Shown piece after piece: positions 43,579-53,457 of a DNA stretch of 64,000 nucleotides (within the stretch, counting starts at the first letter, position 1; the number at the start of each line of letters is the position of its first letter). The DNA comes from an uncultured bacterium (GTDB lineage: Bacteria > Arandabacterota > Arandabacteria > Arandabacterales > Arandabacteraceae). The notes beneath the pieces were generated by a model. That model did not search any database. It had not been told where the DNA came from and saw only the letters and a program-made list of their open reading frames with translations. The translations under genes and the position numbers were made by a program. The stretch covers positions 36,699-100,698 of the forward strand of contig CAYHHI010000004.1 in NCBI GenBank assembly GCA_964356335.1, in the 5' to 3' direction.

Positions 43579-45837
43579 CTAGAAAGCCCTGGGCTTCCCT
43601 TCATCGAATAATTCCAAGAGATTCCGTATCAGAGTCTTGACCTCGTCGTGGTTGAAGAACCACGGAGGGATTCCGATATAGGCTGCATACCCCCGCCCCG
43701 TCTTGCTATCGCCAGGAACATACACTCCAATCCACTTACCCTGCAACCTCATGCCAGAGGGGGTCATGATCTCCCTCCCGCACTCTGGATCTCCTATGCG
43801 CTGCCCCTTATCATTGACCGGTACAACCGAGTAAATCGGACGGACATCGATACTGTCATCGTATCTAAGCTCTGTTATGTAAAAAGCATTGTCAACTCTG
43901 CCCGGCCAGCCGGCGACACCAGGAATCCGATCTGTTGTGACGGGATCCCAGTACTGCGTTGTGTCATCCAGAGGCTTCGCTGTATACTTAGTTGTACACG
44001 GGTACATGGTCTTGAAGCTAACCCTGGGATTGCCGATCAACATCTTCGCTATTCCGAACGTCTCCCAGTTGAAGTTGTAGATCAAGGTTGAGTCAACGGG
44101 GTTCACCCTCGGGGTGAAATCCAAGCTGGTCTGGGAACCTCTGGTTCCGCGAGGAGGCGTCTTGTCGGGCCAGAACATGCAGGAGTAAATCGGATCCAGA
44201 CCTATCACGATTATATTCCCGCCAACCTTGACGTAGGAATTGAGGTAATTGCCCCTGTTGAAGCAAACCTCGGTGAGATGAATATCTGGGCTCTCTGTAT
44301 CTTGATCAGCAAGCCAGATCACGGTTGAGGCATCCGCCACCCGCCTGATCGGCACCTCGTTCTTGTAATCGCTGCCCGTATCAAACTCCTGCCAATTGTA
44401 ACCCTTGAGGATATCGGCCCACAGGCTGTCACTGGCTCGTTCATAGTAGAGGTAGGGGTTTCCCAGCCACTTGGCATGATCGTCGTCAACAAGATAAATG
44501 AACTTCTCCTTGCCTCGAGGGCCTTTGAGCACCTCCAAGCGAAACTCACAATGGCTTGTATCTCTATTCAGGTCTCTGAGCTCGACAACAAAGTTGTGAG
44601 TACCAAGACTGGGAATAAACGGTTTGCCGTCCGAGGGATATCTCACGAGCCACTCGACACCTGTTGTCCTTTCCCTGAGAGGGTCGACACTGGTCCAGTA
44701 GTTCCATGTTGACGTTGCGGGATCTTCAGAATCGTCGAAGTAATAACGACATGCAGCCACCAGTTTCCCCTGGCTCCGATCCTCAGACCCCCAGAACTTG
44801 AACGATACGGGCGTACCCTCAAACAACCCGGCAACATTGCTCAAATACCCTTGCCTGTCGTCGCTCGACCTCACCCCCAATGCGCCTGCATCAATGTTGG
44901 TGGTGACACCCGCACCCTGAGTGATGACGAGCAACCTGACCCAATTATTGTCGCTGTTATAAGTTCCATAAAGAGACTTGGGCAGCACAGCACCACCCTC
45001 GTCCTTACAGGTGACAAACGCCATCACCTTCTCTCCCTTAACTGCATAGGTAGAGAGATTGAGGTCCTTCACGTACGTGCAGTCTGCCGGAACCCACTCA
45101 CTCCAATAACTGACTGCAGGCGCCGCATAGGGCTTGTGCCTAGGGTCGGTGTCGACCACGTCGAGACTGTCTAACCGCGACGCAGTCCCGGGAGGTGTCG
45201 GCCATTTGCCGCCGGGCAATTCCTTCTCAGGAATGAGAATATACTTGAAAAGCATCTTCGAAACATCGCCATCCGAGTCCTCTCCACGCCACTCGATATA
45301 AACGTGAGGAGGAGAGAGACAGGGGACAGTCGGTATCTTCACTGGAATCGTTATCTTTGCCTTAGGAAGCACATTGGACGCCTGAAAGAAAACACTGGCT
45401 CCTGCAGAATCCACTGCCCCATCATTGTCAAGAGCCCTGACGATTATGCCCCAGTAGGAGAGGCCAAATCTGACAGTACCCACAGAAGAACAGCACGAAT
45501 CGGCCGTAACCACAAAAGTGCTTTCGGTTCTTGCAGTCTCAGCCCACTCGAGCTTATCGCGATCAAGATTATCAAGCGCTTCCCTGCTCAGGCCCTTGAC
45601 AGTCGCCACTTCATACCTTGCAATGGTCCCGTCCTCATCCGTACCGTACCAGTATGCTTGAACCTTGAAATAGGTCCTTGCTTCCTCCTTCGGCCCGAAA
45701 GAGATGAAGGTGTGCGGGGGGATATTGGTTACTCTTGTTCCGCCAGCCTTTTCGCCGCAGCCGCAGAACAAGAGTGCGAGACAGCATAATGCAATCCAGA
45801 CGATGCCAGCCGAGCCCGTGTACTTCCTGGTACTCAT
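43579..45837 (-). CDS. large lipoprotein, hypothetical (mosaic; shares its N-terminal repeat domain with the next gene and a central domain with the 1105-aa protein)
   Basis: It has a signal plus Cys-rich lipobox-like LLFCGCG. It has repeated PxxxFxWxGxDxDGxVxxYxY units. The segment FIYLVDDDHAKW...DASTVIWLADQD...GGNIIVIGLD parallels LLVDGHGRNLYDW...DYDAVVWFTGP...SGCVVLCGD in 47623..50940. Its ATG overlaps the upstream stop (ATGA). Confidence 0.6.
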   Translation of the reverse strand: MSTRKYTGSAGIVWIALCCLALLFCGCGEKAGGTRVTNIPPHTFISFGPKEEARTYFKVQAYWYGTDEDGTIARYEVATVKGLSREALDNLDRDKLEWAETARTESTFVVTADSCCSSVGTVRFGLSYWGIIVRALDNDGAVDSAGASVFFQASNVLPKAKITIPVKIPTVPCLSPPHVYIEWRGEDSDGDVSKMLFKYILIPEKELPGGKWPTPPGTASRLDSLDVVDTDPRHKPYAAPAVSYWSEWVPADCTYVKDLNLSTYAVKGEKVMAFVTCKDEGGAVLPKSLYGTYNSDNNWVRLLVITQGAGVTTNIDAGALGVRSSDDRQGYLSNVAGLFEGTPVSFKFWGSEDRSQGKLVAACRYYFDDSEDPATSTWNYWTSVDPLRERTTGVEWLVRYPSDGKPFIPSLGTHNFVVELRDLNRDTSHCEFRLEVLKGPRGKEKFIYLVDDDHAKWLGNPYLYYERASDSLWADILKGYNWQEFDTGSDYKNEVPIRRVADASTVIWLADQDTESPDIHLTEVCFNRGNYLNSYVKVGGNIIVIGLDPIYSCMFWPDKTPPRGTRGSQTSLDFTPRVNPVDSTLIYNFNWETFGIAKMLIGNPRVSFKTMYPCTTKYTAKPLDDTTQYWDPVTTDRIPGVAGWPGRVDNAFYITELRYDDSIDVRPIYSVVPVNDKGQRIGDPECGREIMTPSGMRLQGKWIGVYVPGDSKTGRGYAAYIGIPPWFFNHDEVKTLIRNLLELFDEGKPRAF

Positions 45838-47405
45838 CTTCCGCCTCCCGACGAGTTTGTACTCGAAACAAACACAGAATCACGCATTGAGTCAGACCTG
45901 GTCAACAAGTAGTCGCCGTTATACGCCTCGAGCTTGAACCTGTGCCACCCCGACGCAAGTCCTTCAACCTCAACCCCCGGCACGTACAAACCCTGCCTGT
46001 CCTTAGCAGTCACCTGTATCCAGGGACCATCATCAACTTTGTATCGGTATGTGACAAGGGCTTGCTCGCCACTGCTTCCCCGGTTGATATCCTGATCCAC
46101 GTCACGACATTTCCAGTCGAACTTCACCTTTCCTGGGCCAATGACCATGAGGGTATCCCAGGTTATCACCGGCGCATAGTTCACCTTGAAGGTGAAGAGA
46201 GCAGGAGTGCCGTCCACCTTACCCAAGTCGTCCCTTGCTCTCACCAGCAGGGCTAGCTCGTAATCTGTATCAAGATTGGGGTTGTTCTGGCCTGTGGCAG
46301 TTACGTCACAGAAGGCTGTGTCGCACGGCGTCCCTACCCAAGGCTGCTTCGGGTCGGCACCAGATTGGATCAGAGTGCCTCGGATGCTCCATCTAAACGA
46401 GTCTGGACGTGCCCCATCTTTATCCCAGCCATGGAACCTGAACCGTAACTGGCCGAAGTGGTACGCGACCGCGGTCGTGTCGCTCGGGTAGATCTGCTTC
46501 TCGGCAAGAGGAATGCCGCCCTGACCACTTTGACCTGACCCCCTGAATGTCCAAACGCCATCGATATATGTGTTGGGATCATAGTTTACGACAAACCTTG
46601 CGATCTTCTCATCACTCTTTGCACCGGCATCGTCCACGGCGACCAGCCTGAACTCATGGAAACCCAGCCAGACATCGCTGCTTTCGATTATGCAAGGCCA
46701 ATACCTGTACTCCGTGCTGTGGGTCTCAAAGGGGACTGTGACCTCATTGCCCGAGTCAAGCCGATATCTCCATTCTTGTACGGATCCATCAGGGTCGCGT
46801 CCTTGCCAATCAAATCTTACCACTATCGGCGGAGTGGTCATATCGCAAGGACCGGGATACCTGAGGTTGATCGCAGGAATCGTGTCGCCTTTATCCGGAG
46901 GGACGCGAGGAATAGTATCGATGCTGCTTGATATGAGAACTTGGATCTCGGGAAGAGCGTAGTCAATAGCCATGAAGTTGGTCGCTGCGGGCTTCGGATC
47001 TGCCTTGCCCTCGTTATCGACGGCAGCAACGTATAGGCTGTGACTTCTCGAATTGGGCCTGTCAGCTCGAAACACAAAGAGGCTCTCTGTAGCGTCCGTG
47101 GTTCTCCAGGGAAGACTCAAGAGATACTGGTCAATGTCCTCCTGGTTCCTGAGCCCACTGTATAGCTCATCCTCAGATACTGATGCCACCCTGTATGCCA
47201 CAACCACACCGTCTTCATCGTATCCCGTCCAGTGCACGAGGTACTTATGGAAAACCTTGTCGTCCATGCCCGGCGCAACCGAAAGTACGGTCTCGGGAGC
47301 AGTATTCTTGTCATATCTTGTGACGTTCTCCTCCTCGCAACCGACGAGGCCTATGAGGCCCAGCGCCACTGCAAAACCCACGAGGAGGCTCCTTCTTGTC
47401 ACCAT
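45834..47405 (-). CDS. lipoprotein with four tandem WxGxDxDG beta-sandwich-like repeats
   Basis: It has lipobox LVGC. The ATG at 47405 has GAGGAG 7 nt upstream. Its repeats include HWTGYDEDGVVVAYRV, FDWQGRDPDGSVQEWRYRL, FRFHGWDKDGARPDSFRWSI and FDWKCRDVDQD...YRYKV. Confidence 0.6.
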   Translation of the reverse strand: MVTRRSLLVGFAVALGLIGLVGCEEENVTRYDKNTAPETVLSVAPGMDDKVFHKYLVHWTGYDEDGVVVAYRVASVSEDELYSGLRNQEDIDQYLLSLPWRTTDATESLFVFRADRPNSRSHSLYVAAVDNEGKADPKPAATNFMAIDYALPEIQVLISSSIDTIPRVPPDKGDTIPAINLRYPGPCDMTTPPIVVRFDWQGRDPDGSVQEWRYRLDSGNEVTVPFETHSTEYRYWPCIIESSDVWLGFHEFRLVAVDDAGAKSDEKIARFVVNYDPNTYIDGVWTFRGSGQSGQGGIPLAEKQIYPSDTTAVAYHFGQLRFRFHGWDKDGARPDSFRWSIRGTLIQSGADPKQPWVGTPCDTAFCDVTATGQNNPNLDTDYELALLVRARDDLGKVDGTPALFTFKVNYAPVITWDTLMVIGPGKVKFDWKCRDVDQDINRGSSGEQALVTYRYKVDDGPWIQVTAKDRQGLYVPGVEVEGLASGWHRFKLEAYNGDYLLTRSDSMRDSVFVSSTNSSGGGR

Positions 47406-47558
47406 AAGCACACTCCTCAATCCTGCGTGATTAAGTTCCTTGCGTCTAAGGAATTTGTGTCTATGCTACAGCATAGCTGGCCCCACGATAAGACACAGCC
47501 GAGAAACTATAACAACGCATTCCTGCCTTGTCAACACCAAAACTGGTCAAGCCTGGGC

Positions 47559-47597
47559 AATAAAGAACCGGGGCTTCCACTGGTATGAAAGCCCCGG
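47559..47597 (-). terminator. intrinsic terminator downstream of the 1105-aa surface protein gene
   Basis: The minus strand reads GGGGCTTTCATACCAGTGGAAGCCCCGG with a 9-bp stem, followed by TTCTTTATT. It lies about 30 nt after the stop at 47623. Confidence 0.45.
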
Positions 47598-47622
47598 CCT
47601 CAATGCCTTGTAGGGTCTACTT

Positions 47623-50600
47623 CTACTTCACAACCAACATCTTCTTCACGGCTGAATACTTATCAGCTTCCATCTTGTAGAAGTACACTCCACTCGATAC
47701 ACGCTCGCCAACCTGGTTCTTTCCGTCCCAGGCTACCGAGTGCTTACCAGCCTTCATCTGCTCATCCTTCAGTACCTGCACCAACTGCCCCATCGCGTTA
47801 TAGACCTTGATGGAAACCTTGCTGGCACTGGCGACCTCAAAGTCTATCTTGGTCCCAGTCGACAGCGGGTTTGGTCCGTTCTGCCTGAGTCCCCAGACAT
47901 ACGCAACAGGACTGGTGGGACCCGGCACATTGGCCATCGCATTCGGAACGATACCAAAGAGGTTGTAAAGGATGGTCCTTAGCAACTCGACGCGGCCAAA
48001 GTAGTAACCTGGCGCGAAGTCAGGTGCTGGAGCAGGAGTCACTCCAGTGCACAAAGTCCTCGCGTGGTTGACTGTGGCGCACAGGTCGAAGTTGACATAC
48101 ACGCACCGTCCCTTGCCATTCTGGTACTCAGTGTAGATCGCTCCATCAGCGAGAGGAACCCCGATGGGATTGGTTACCCGGAGAAACTGCTGTGCCGTGT
48201 AGCCGGGCTTCGGGCTCGGGCTGGTCAGAACGTAGCTCATGTCCTTCAGATACGGACACTCCCTGTAAATCACGACCGTATCCAACGCCGTCGTAGGAAT
48301 GTTCACGGCTGAACCCCTCACGTTGACCGTAGCCGCCGCATCCATGTAAACAAACGGCAAGGTAAACCCTGCTTCCATCTCCTTCAGGTAGTCGGTCCCC
48401 ATGATGCCGTTCAAGAACTCGCCGCCAAGCGAATCCTCGCCATTGCCACCCTCAGCCTGAGTCGCCATATCGTAGGCCAGCCTGTCACCGCACAGCACCA
48501 CACACCCACTGTCCGCAAGATAAGCCCTCAGGGCTAACTGGGCTTCCTTGTCAAACAGGTAGTTGGAGAAGTACGGCCCAGTGAACCACACAACAGCATC
48601 ATAATCCGAGAACGTAATCGGATGTATGTGCTGGTTCGAACCGGCACCACTGATGTCGAACTTGTCGTAGTAGCAATACCCGGCATCAGCCAGCGTCCTC
48701 TCGTAGATGTCCTCGAGAGGCATCGTGTTGTCAAGGTCGGTCAAGCAAGGCGACCAGTCATAGAGATTCCTGCCATGTCCATCAACAAGCAGAATCTTCT
48801 GACCCTCGCCGACCCCCGGGGCAACTATCGGGAGGATTGAGAACCCCCAATAATCGTCCTTCGTCCAATTGTGGGCCGAGTTCTTCGGATCCGCTCTGGC
48901 TGGGAAGTACGCCTGGTTACCCAGGTTGTCCTGAGCCAGGACATAATACAGGATCTCGCTGCCGACCGTCCATGCTATAGCACCAGGACTGAAGTCACCT
49001 GCCTGGACAGTCCCATAGTACTCGCCACCAAGAGCAAGGTTCAACGGATCAGCGGGCACCGCCAGAGTCATTGTCTTCTCAATCCAGGTAGCGCCATTGG
49101 TGATGCTAGCCTTGATCTTGACGGATGCCAGATTGTTCTTGTCCGTGCAGTTGATGTAGAGCTGCTGCCCCTTGGGAAGTATCGGCGCCGGGGGAGAAGC
49201 TCCCGAGTACTTGTTCAGCGTGTCGGTCTCATAGGTATCAAAGAACGAGTTGTACGCCTGAGCTACCTGTGGGAAGAACGTATCGTGGAGAATGTCAATC
49301 CCACGAGCGCTGAACTGGGTTGCCGTGCCATCGAAGAAGCCGATGGAAACGTTGTCAATCAGGTTCTCGGTGTCCTTGTGCTTGCCATAGCACATGTCAC
49401 CAGGGTTGGAGGTATCCAGCAGATCAAATCCAAACTGCATGGAGTCGTTGTTTGCCCCGTAGAACTGGGTGACATTATCCCAGTCATCGAAGTTCCAGAA
49501 GAAACAGCCGCCATACATGATGTACCCGTCGATGTTGATCCATGGACACCATGTCTGGTTGACCTTGTCGTAGAACCTCACCTGGGTATCCGTGTAGTCG
49601 CAGGTGATGTCCTTGCCGCACATGAACTCGTCATACTGGACTATACAGCCCGTGTTGGCAAGCTTGACCTTGGGCGTAAGGAGCCTGTAGAAGAAGCCCT
49701 GCCTCTGGGGTGAGCCAGGAGGGAAGGCATTCTCAGGTCTCGCGCGCCAGACCCACGAGGAGTCCAACAGACAGGTCGTGCGGGCGCCCCCATCACCACC
49801 CTCATAGGGCGGATCAGGGTCATGCACCAAGTGCCATCCCTGCGCTACACCAGAAGGCTGCTGGAGACTCCAGTACTGGGGAAGCGCTCCGAAAACACTG
49901 CAGAGCTCGAAGTCCTGAGTGTACGCGCTGCCCGCATCACCAACCATCCACACGTTGTCAACAAAGGCAGCTCCGTCGGTATCGCCTCTGCCATCCATGT
50001 CACTCCACGCTCCGTCAGACTTGAATCTGAATCTGATCTTCGGCGCGTTGGTGACCGTGCCCCACATGGCAGGAGTGATCACTCCCATGTAGGCCGGAAT
50101 GCCAGGAGTCCCCCTCTGCTGCCAGTTGCAGTTGGCAAGCCTGTTCACATCCGTGTTGCCCCAGTTGTCAGGATTCGGCTTCGAGGGAGCACCACAGACA
50201 CCGCCCGGGTTGTTGCTCGTCGCGTTGAACATGGCGAGCGTGACCCACGCGGTGGTGGCAGGCGGACCTGCTACACCCTGCTGGTAGTCCACATAGAGGT
50301 AATCGTACTTGCACTCGGTATCGTACCTGGGATCGAAGTACAGTGTACAGCCCCCCGCCACGTTAAACGACGACGGCAGGTCGAGCTCCACAATGCAGTT
50401 CCACTGGTTACCATAACCAGGCGGATTGATCCAGGTACCGCACTCGACAGGCTTACCGGGCGGCGCGCCCCAAACCGCGGCCGAACCGCACCACAGTGCG
50501 CGGGTACCCGTATAGCCCCCGGGCGCCGGCACAGTGCGGTAGCTGTCGACGTGCCAATAGTTGACATTGGTCTGCGAAGGCAGACTACGAATATCAACGT

Positions 50601-50940
50601 ACTTGAAGCAGTTGGTGATGAACGGTGCTACTGTTCCGCATGTATCACCGACTCCTCCCTCCACGCACCAGGTCTGGGTAGGACCGGGCCCACCCGTCGC
50701 CTCACCACCGTGTCCTCCAAGCGGATCGCCAGGGCAGCGGGTACTATTAGCATGTACCTCTACCCATGTCGTATTTCCCGCCTGGACCATCACGAATGGC
50801 ATGGCTAAGGGCATCCCTCCCACCGCGTTAGCGGGCGGCAGAAGCGGCTTTGCCGGTTCCTGCATACCTAGTGCAACGGAGGCGAGCCCCATTACAAGGA
50901 CCCCCACTGCCACGATAGATACTGCTCTAAATCTCATCAT
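47623..50940 (-). CDS. very large secreted protein with a ThuA/class-I-glutamine-amidotransferase-like central domain and C-terminal T9SS-type sorting domain
   Basis: Its signal peptide is MMRFRAVSIVAVGVLVMGLASVALG, from the ATG at 50940 with GGAGGG upstream. Its central segment is GQKILLVDGHGRNLYDW...DYDAVVWFTGP...ADSGCVVLCGDRLAY. Its C-terminus is SGVYFYKMEADKYSAVKKMLVVK. Confidence 0.65.
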   Translation of the reverse strand: MMRFRAVSIVAVGVLVMGLASVALGMQEPAKPLLPPANAVGGMPLAMPFVMVQAGNTTWVEVHANSTRCPGDPLGGHGGEATGGPGPTQTWCVEGGVGDTCGTVAPFITNCFKYVDIRSLPSQTNVNYWHVDSYRTVPAPGGYTGTRALWCGSAAVWGAPPGKPVECGTWINPPGYGNQWNCIVELDLPSSFNVAGGCTLYFDPRYDTECKYDYLYVDYQQGVAGPPATTAWVTLAMFNATSNNPGGVCGAPSKPNPDNWGNTDVNRLANCNWQQRGTPGIPAYMGVITPAMWGTVTNAPKIRFRFKSDGAWSDMDGRGDTDGAAFVDNVWMVGDAGSAYTQDFELCSVFGALPQYWSLQQPSGVAQGWHLVHDPDPPYEGGDGGARTTCLLDSSWVWRARPENAFPPGSPQRQGFFYRLLTPKVKLANTGCIVQYDEFMCGKDITCDYTDTQVRFYDKVNQTWCPWINIDGYIMYGGCFFWNFDDWDNVTQFYGANNDSMQFGFDLLDTSNPGDMCYGKHKDTENLIDNVSIGFFDGTATQFSARGIDILHDTFFPQVAQAYNSFFDTYETDTLNKYSGASPPAPILPKGQQLYINCTDKNNLASVKIKASITNGATWIEKTMTLAVPADPLNLALGGEYYGTVQAGDFSPGAIAWTVGSEILYYVLAQDNLGNQAYFPARADPKNSAHNWTKDDYWGFSILPIVAPGVGEGQKILLVDGHGRNLYDWSPCLTDLDNTMPLEDIYERTLADAGYCYYDKFDISGAGSNQHIHPITFSDYDAVVWFTGPYFSNYLFDKEAQLALRAYLADSGCVVLCGDRLAYDMATQAEGGNGEDSLGGEFLNGIMGTDYLKEMEAGFTLPFVYMDAAATVNVRGSAVNIPTTALDTVVIYRECPYLKDMSYVLTSPSPKPGYTAQQFLRVTNPIGVPLADGAIYTEYQNGKGRCVYVNFDLCATVNHARTLCTGVTPAPAPDFAPGYYFGRVELLRTILYNLFGIVPNAMANVPGPTSPVAYVWGLRQNGPNPLSTGTKIDFEVASASKVSIKVYNAMGQLVQVLKDEQMKAGKHSVAWDGKNQVGERVSSGVYFYKMEADKYSAVKKMLVVK

Positions 50941-51165
50941 GGTCCAAACCCTCCGATGCGAAACTCGTTGCTGGCCAGTCTCCTGACTGACCATAGTACC
51001 CAAAGGGAAATCACTTGTTGTCGGACAGGTTCTTTCCCCACGCGGCAAACGGAAAATCGGAGGTACTTAAATCACTACAGCGTGTCTCCGTCTCACCCCC
51101 TTCCTTCAGCGAAGATCGCTGCAACCTTCAATCCACAATTGACACAATCACCCTACATCCGCCTA

Positions 51166-51195
51166 TATTATACCAAACTGGTGTGCCAAGTGTCA
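51166..51195 (-). promoter_or_regulatory. consensus sigma-70-type promoter TTGACA-N18-TATAAT
   Basis: On the minus strand, TTGACA lies at 51195-51190 and TATAAT at 51171-51166, with an 18-nt spacer. It is oriented toward the 1105-aa gene and lies about 225 nt upstream of its ATG, which implies a long 5' leader. Confidence 0.5.
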
Positions 51196-51340
51196 AGACG
51201 GTTTGTGCTTGCAGGGGGACACCCGGGTTCAGCGCGTACACTTCAAAGATGAGTAGATTATGAGATCGGGGCATGCGAGAGGGCGATTTCGGCCAGGAGT
51301 GTGCCCATTGAAGAGCAATCAGCCGCGAAGCCTCTTTGCT

Positions 51341-53287
51341 CTATTTTATGAAGCGCGAAAGGTCCGCAACCCAGATCTCATAGTCGTCTGGTACGGCTCC
51401 GCCGCGGCAGACCGAAATCGAAGCCACAAGCTTTGGAGGCTGACCCGGAAACCAGCCGACACGCTCGGGAATCCGCCAGCATTCGACATCGTCTCCGGCC
51501 TGACCCGGCAAGCCAATCACAATTGATTGCGCCTCACCGGTCCCGGCGAGAACCCCGGATACGTCACAGATGACGATCTCTCTCGAAATGTCCTGGCCCC
51601 TTATGAATGCAACATAATTGCCGTCAGGACTGAGAGCAGGCTCTGAGATGGGCAGGCTGCTAGTGGTAACCAGATACATCTTGTCGCCATCAACAGATGC
51701 CTCATTTCCAAGGTCCACCAGCCAGATGCCGTTGGTTGCACCCGCCGTCAGACTGCGGCTGGGCGCTAGCCGGGCACTCAAAGTCGAGGAGCGATGATTC
51801 GGTTCCGCTTGTCGGCTCCTCGCCGGCACGCCGGTACAATCCAGTGACACATAGGTGGTTTCACCGGGACGCACAGCGACAAAGGCTGTGTCGCTGCAAC
51901 GCGTCTTATTGACATCGGGGTTAGCAGCAAAAACAAAGTGCATGCCCGGAACCTGGCATTCTGTGAAGATGTAATCTGTGGACGAGGCCGGGGTGGGAGC
52001 ATCCAGCCAGCGACCATCGAGATTCACTAGCTTGCCCCCAGGATTCGAGCTCAGCCCCACAAGCCCGCACCTACAATCCAATGTCACATAAGTGGTCTCC
52101 CCGGCACGCACCGTGACATCGAGCGTGTCGCTACAGCGCTTCCCATCACTGACGTTTGCAGCAAAAGCAGTGTGAATGCCCGGAAGCAAGCATTTGAGCA
52201 GAATATACTCCGTGGACAAGTCCGGGGTACGCACACTCTGCAGGCGGCCGTCGAAGTAAACCAGCCTGACCCCGGGATTTGAGCTCAGCCCCACCGCCCC
52301 GCGTTCTTGCACAAAGTCAAGAACGATGGTGTTGAGCACATCGGGCTCCGGTATGATGCTGTCATACGGTTGAGTGCAATATTCAGGAAGTACTCCTCTT
52401 ACTTCAATCTTAGCCACTCCAGCCGGCCTGTATCTGAACGTATAGGGCGTGGTCTTGCCGGAATCCTTGGCATTCAAGAAAATCTCCGCGGATGCATCCG
52501 TCGTATCAGAATCCTGGCCAGGAGGGCCTACGACCTTACGGGCTGTGACCCTGATGTCGCCGACCTTGACCCTGTCAGGGGAGGCAAACGCAATCAGGCT
52601 GGTACCATTTCCCGCAGGTTGCTCATCCTTGAAAATGGCGCTGAGCACTCCATTCTCATCCTTGGCAAAGTCCGCCGGCTCACGGGAGATCCGCGTAAGA
52701 CGGTCACCCTGCGGATAACGCTTGACAAAGATATCAAAATTGACTCCGCCCACGGAGGAATTGCTGAACGCGATCCAGGTAGTATCGCCGATAACTGCCC
52801 AAGTCGGGCTCCAGCTCGAGTTAGGCAGGGACGCACGATCGGTCAATCGTTCAAGAGTACGAGCAGTCGCCGGCAATTCGAGATCGGTCACATCGACGAC
52901 GAATATGTCCGACTTGTCAAGGGAGCGTCTTTCAAACGCAATCCTAGTGCCATCAGGTGACCAGACAGGTTTGAAATCATCATAGGCATCGCATGTGATC
53001 TGATAGAACGTCGAATTGTCGCCTTCCTCTTCCGGCAACATAGCGACCCAGATGTGGTAAGATCCTTCGCAGATGCTTGTGTCGGTCTCCGGTGAAGTAA
53101 ATGCCACAAGCCTGGGATCAACGGGAGAAACGGCGGGAAAACGGCCGACCCTTCCGAATGCTTTCTGCCAGAAATCGCAATTGAGGCATTTGGGGCCAGC
53201 GCTCTTATCCTCTCCGCACGAGGTCAGAAGTAAGACCGAAAGCCCTATTACGAGTATGAGAATTGTGACCTTACGGGTGTTGCCCAA
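51341..53287 (-). CDS. TolB-like beta-propeller lipoprotein with an internal tandem duplication of a ~79-aa Cys-containing domain
   Basis: It has lipobox LLTSC. Its PD40-type blades include KPVWSPDGTRIAFERR, WSPTWAVIGDTTWIAFSNS and ALSPDGNYVAFIRG. It has two adjacent homologous units that each end CSDTxxVxVRxGETTYVxLDC. Confidence 0.7.
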   Translation of the reverse strand: MGNTRKVTILILVIGLSVLLLTSCGEDKSAGPKCLNCDFWQKAFGRVGRFPAVSPVDPRLVAFTSPETDTSICEGSYHIWVAMLPEEEGDNSTFYQITCDAYDDFKPVWSPDGTRIAFERRSLDKSDIFVVDVTDLELPATARTLERLTDRASLPNSSWSPTWAVIGDTTWIAFSNSSVGGVNFDIFVKRYPQGDRLTRISREPADFAKDENGVLSAIFKDEQPAGNGTSLIAFASPDRVKVGDIRVTARKVVGPPGQDSDTTDASAEIFLNAKDSGKTTPYTFRYRPAGVAKIEVRGVLPEYCTQPYDSIIPEPDVLNTIVLDFVQERGAVGLSSNPGVRLVYFDGRLQSVRTPDLSTEYILLKCLLPGIHTAFAANVSDGKRCSDTLDVTVRAGETTYVTLDCRCGLVGLSSNPGGKLVNLDGRWLDAPTPASSTDYIFTECQVPGMHFVFAANPDVNKTRCSDTAFVAVRPGETTYVSLDCTGVPARSRQAEPNHRSSTLSARLAPSRSLTAGATNGIWLVDLGNEASVDGDKMYLVTTSSLPISEPALSPDGNYVAFIRGQDISREIVICDVSGVLAGTGEAQSIVIGLPGQAGDDVECWRIPERVGWFPGQPPKLVASISVCRGGAVPDDYEIWVADLSRFIK

Positions 53288-53457
53288 GACAGAAACCTCC
53301 AGTGCTGTCGCCTGTCACGGAAAATTCCAAATCGCCTGTCTTAAACCGTTTCACTATAAGCAAGCCCAGAGAGCCTGTCAAGCCATTTTTGACCTTGCAA
53401 GTTAGGCCTGTTGAGGCTTAAGATCTCGACAACTCATAGCAAGGGAGAGGGCTTGGG

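Noticed and set aside
48871-50808. Two plus-strand ORFs (280 and 328 aa) inside the 1105-aa surface protein gene
   Set aside because: They are antisense. The minus-strand frame carries a signal peptide and the T9SS-type CTD.
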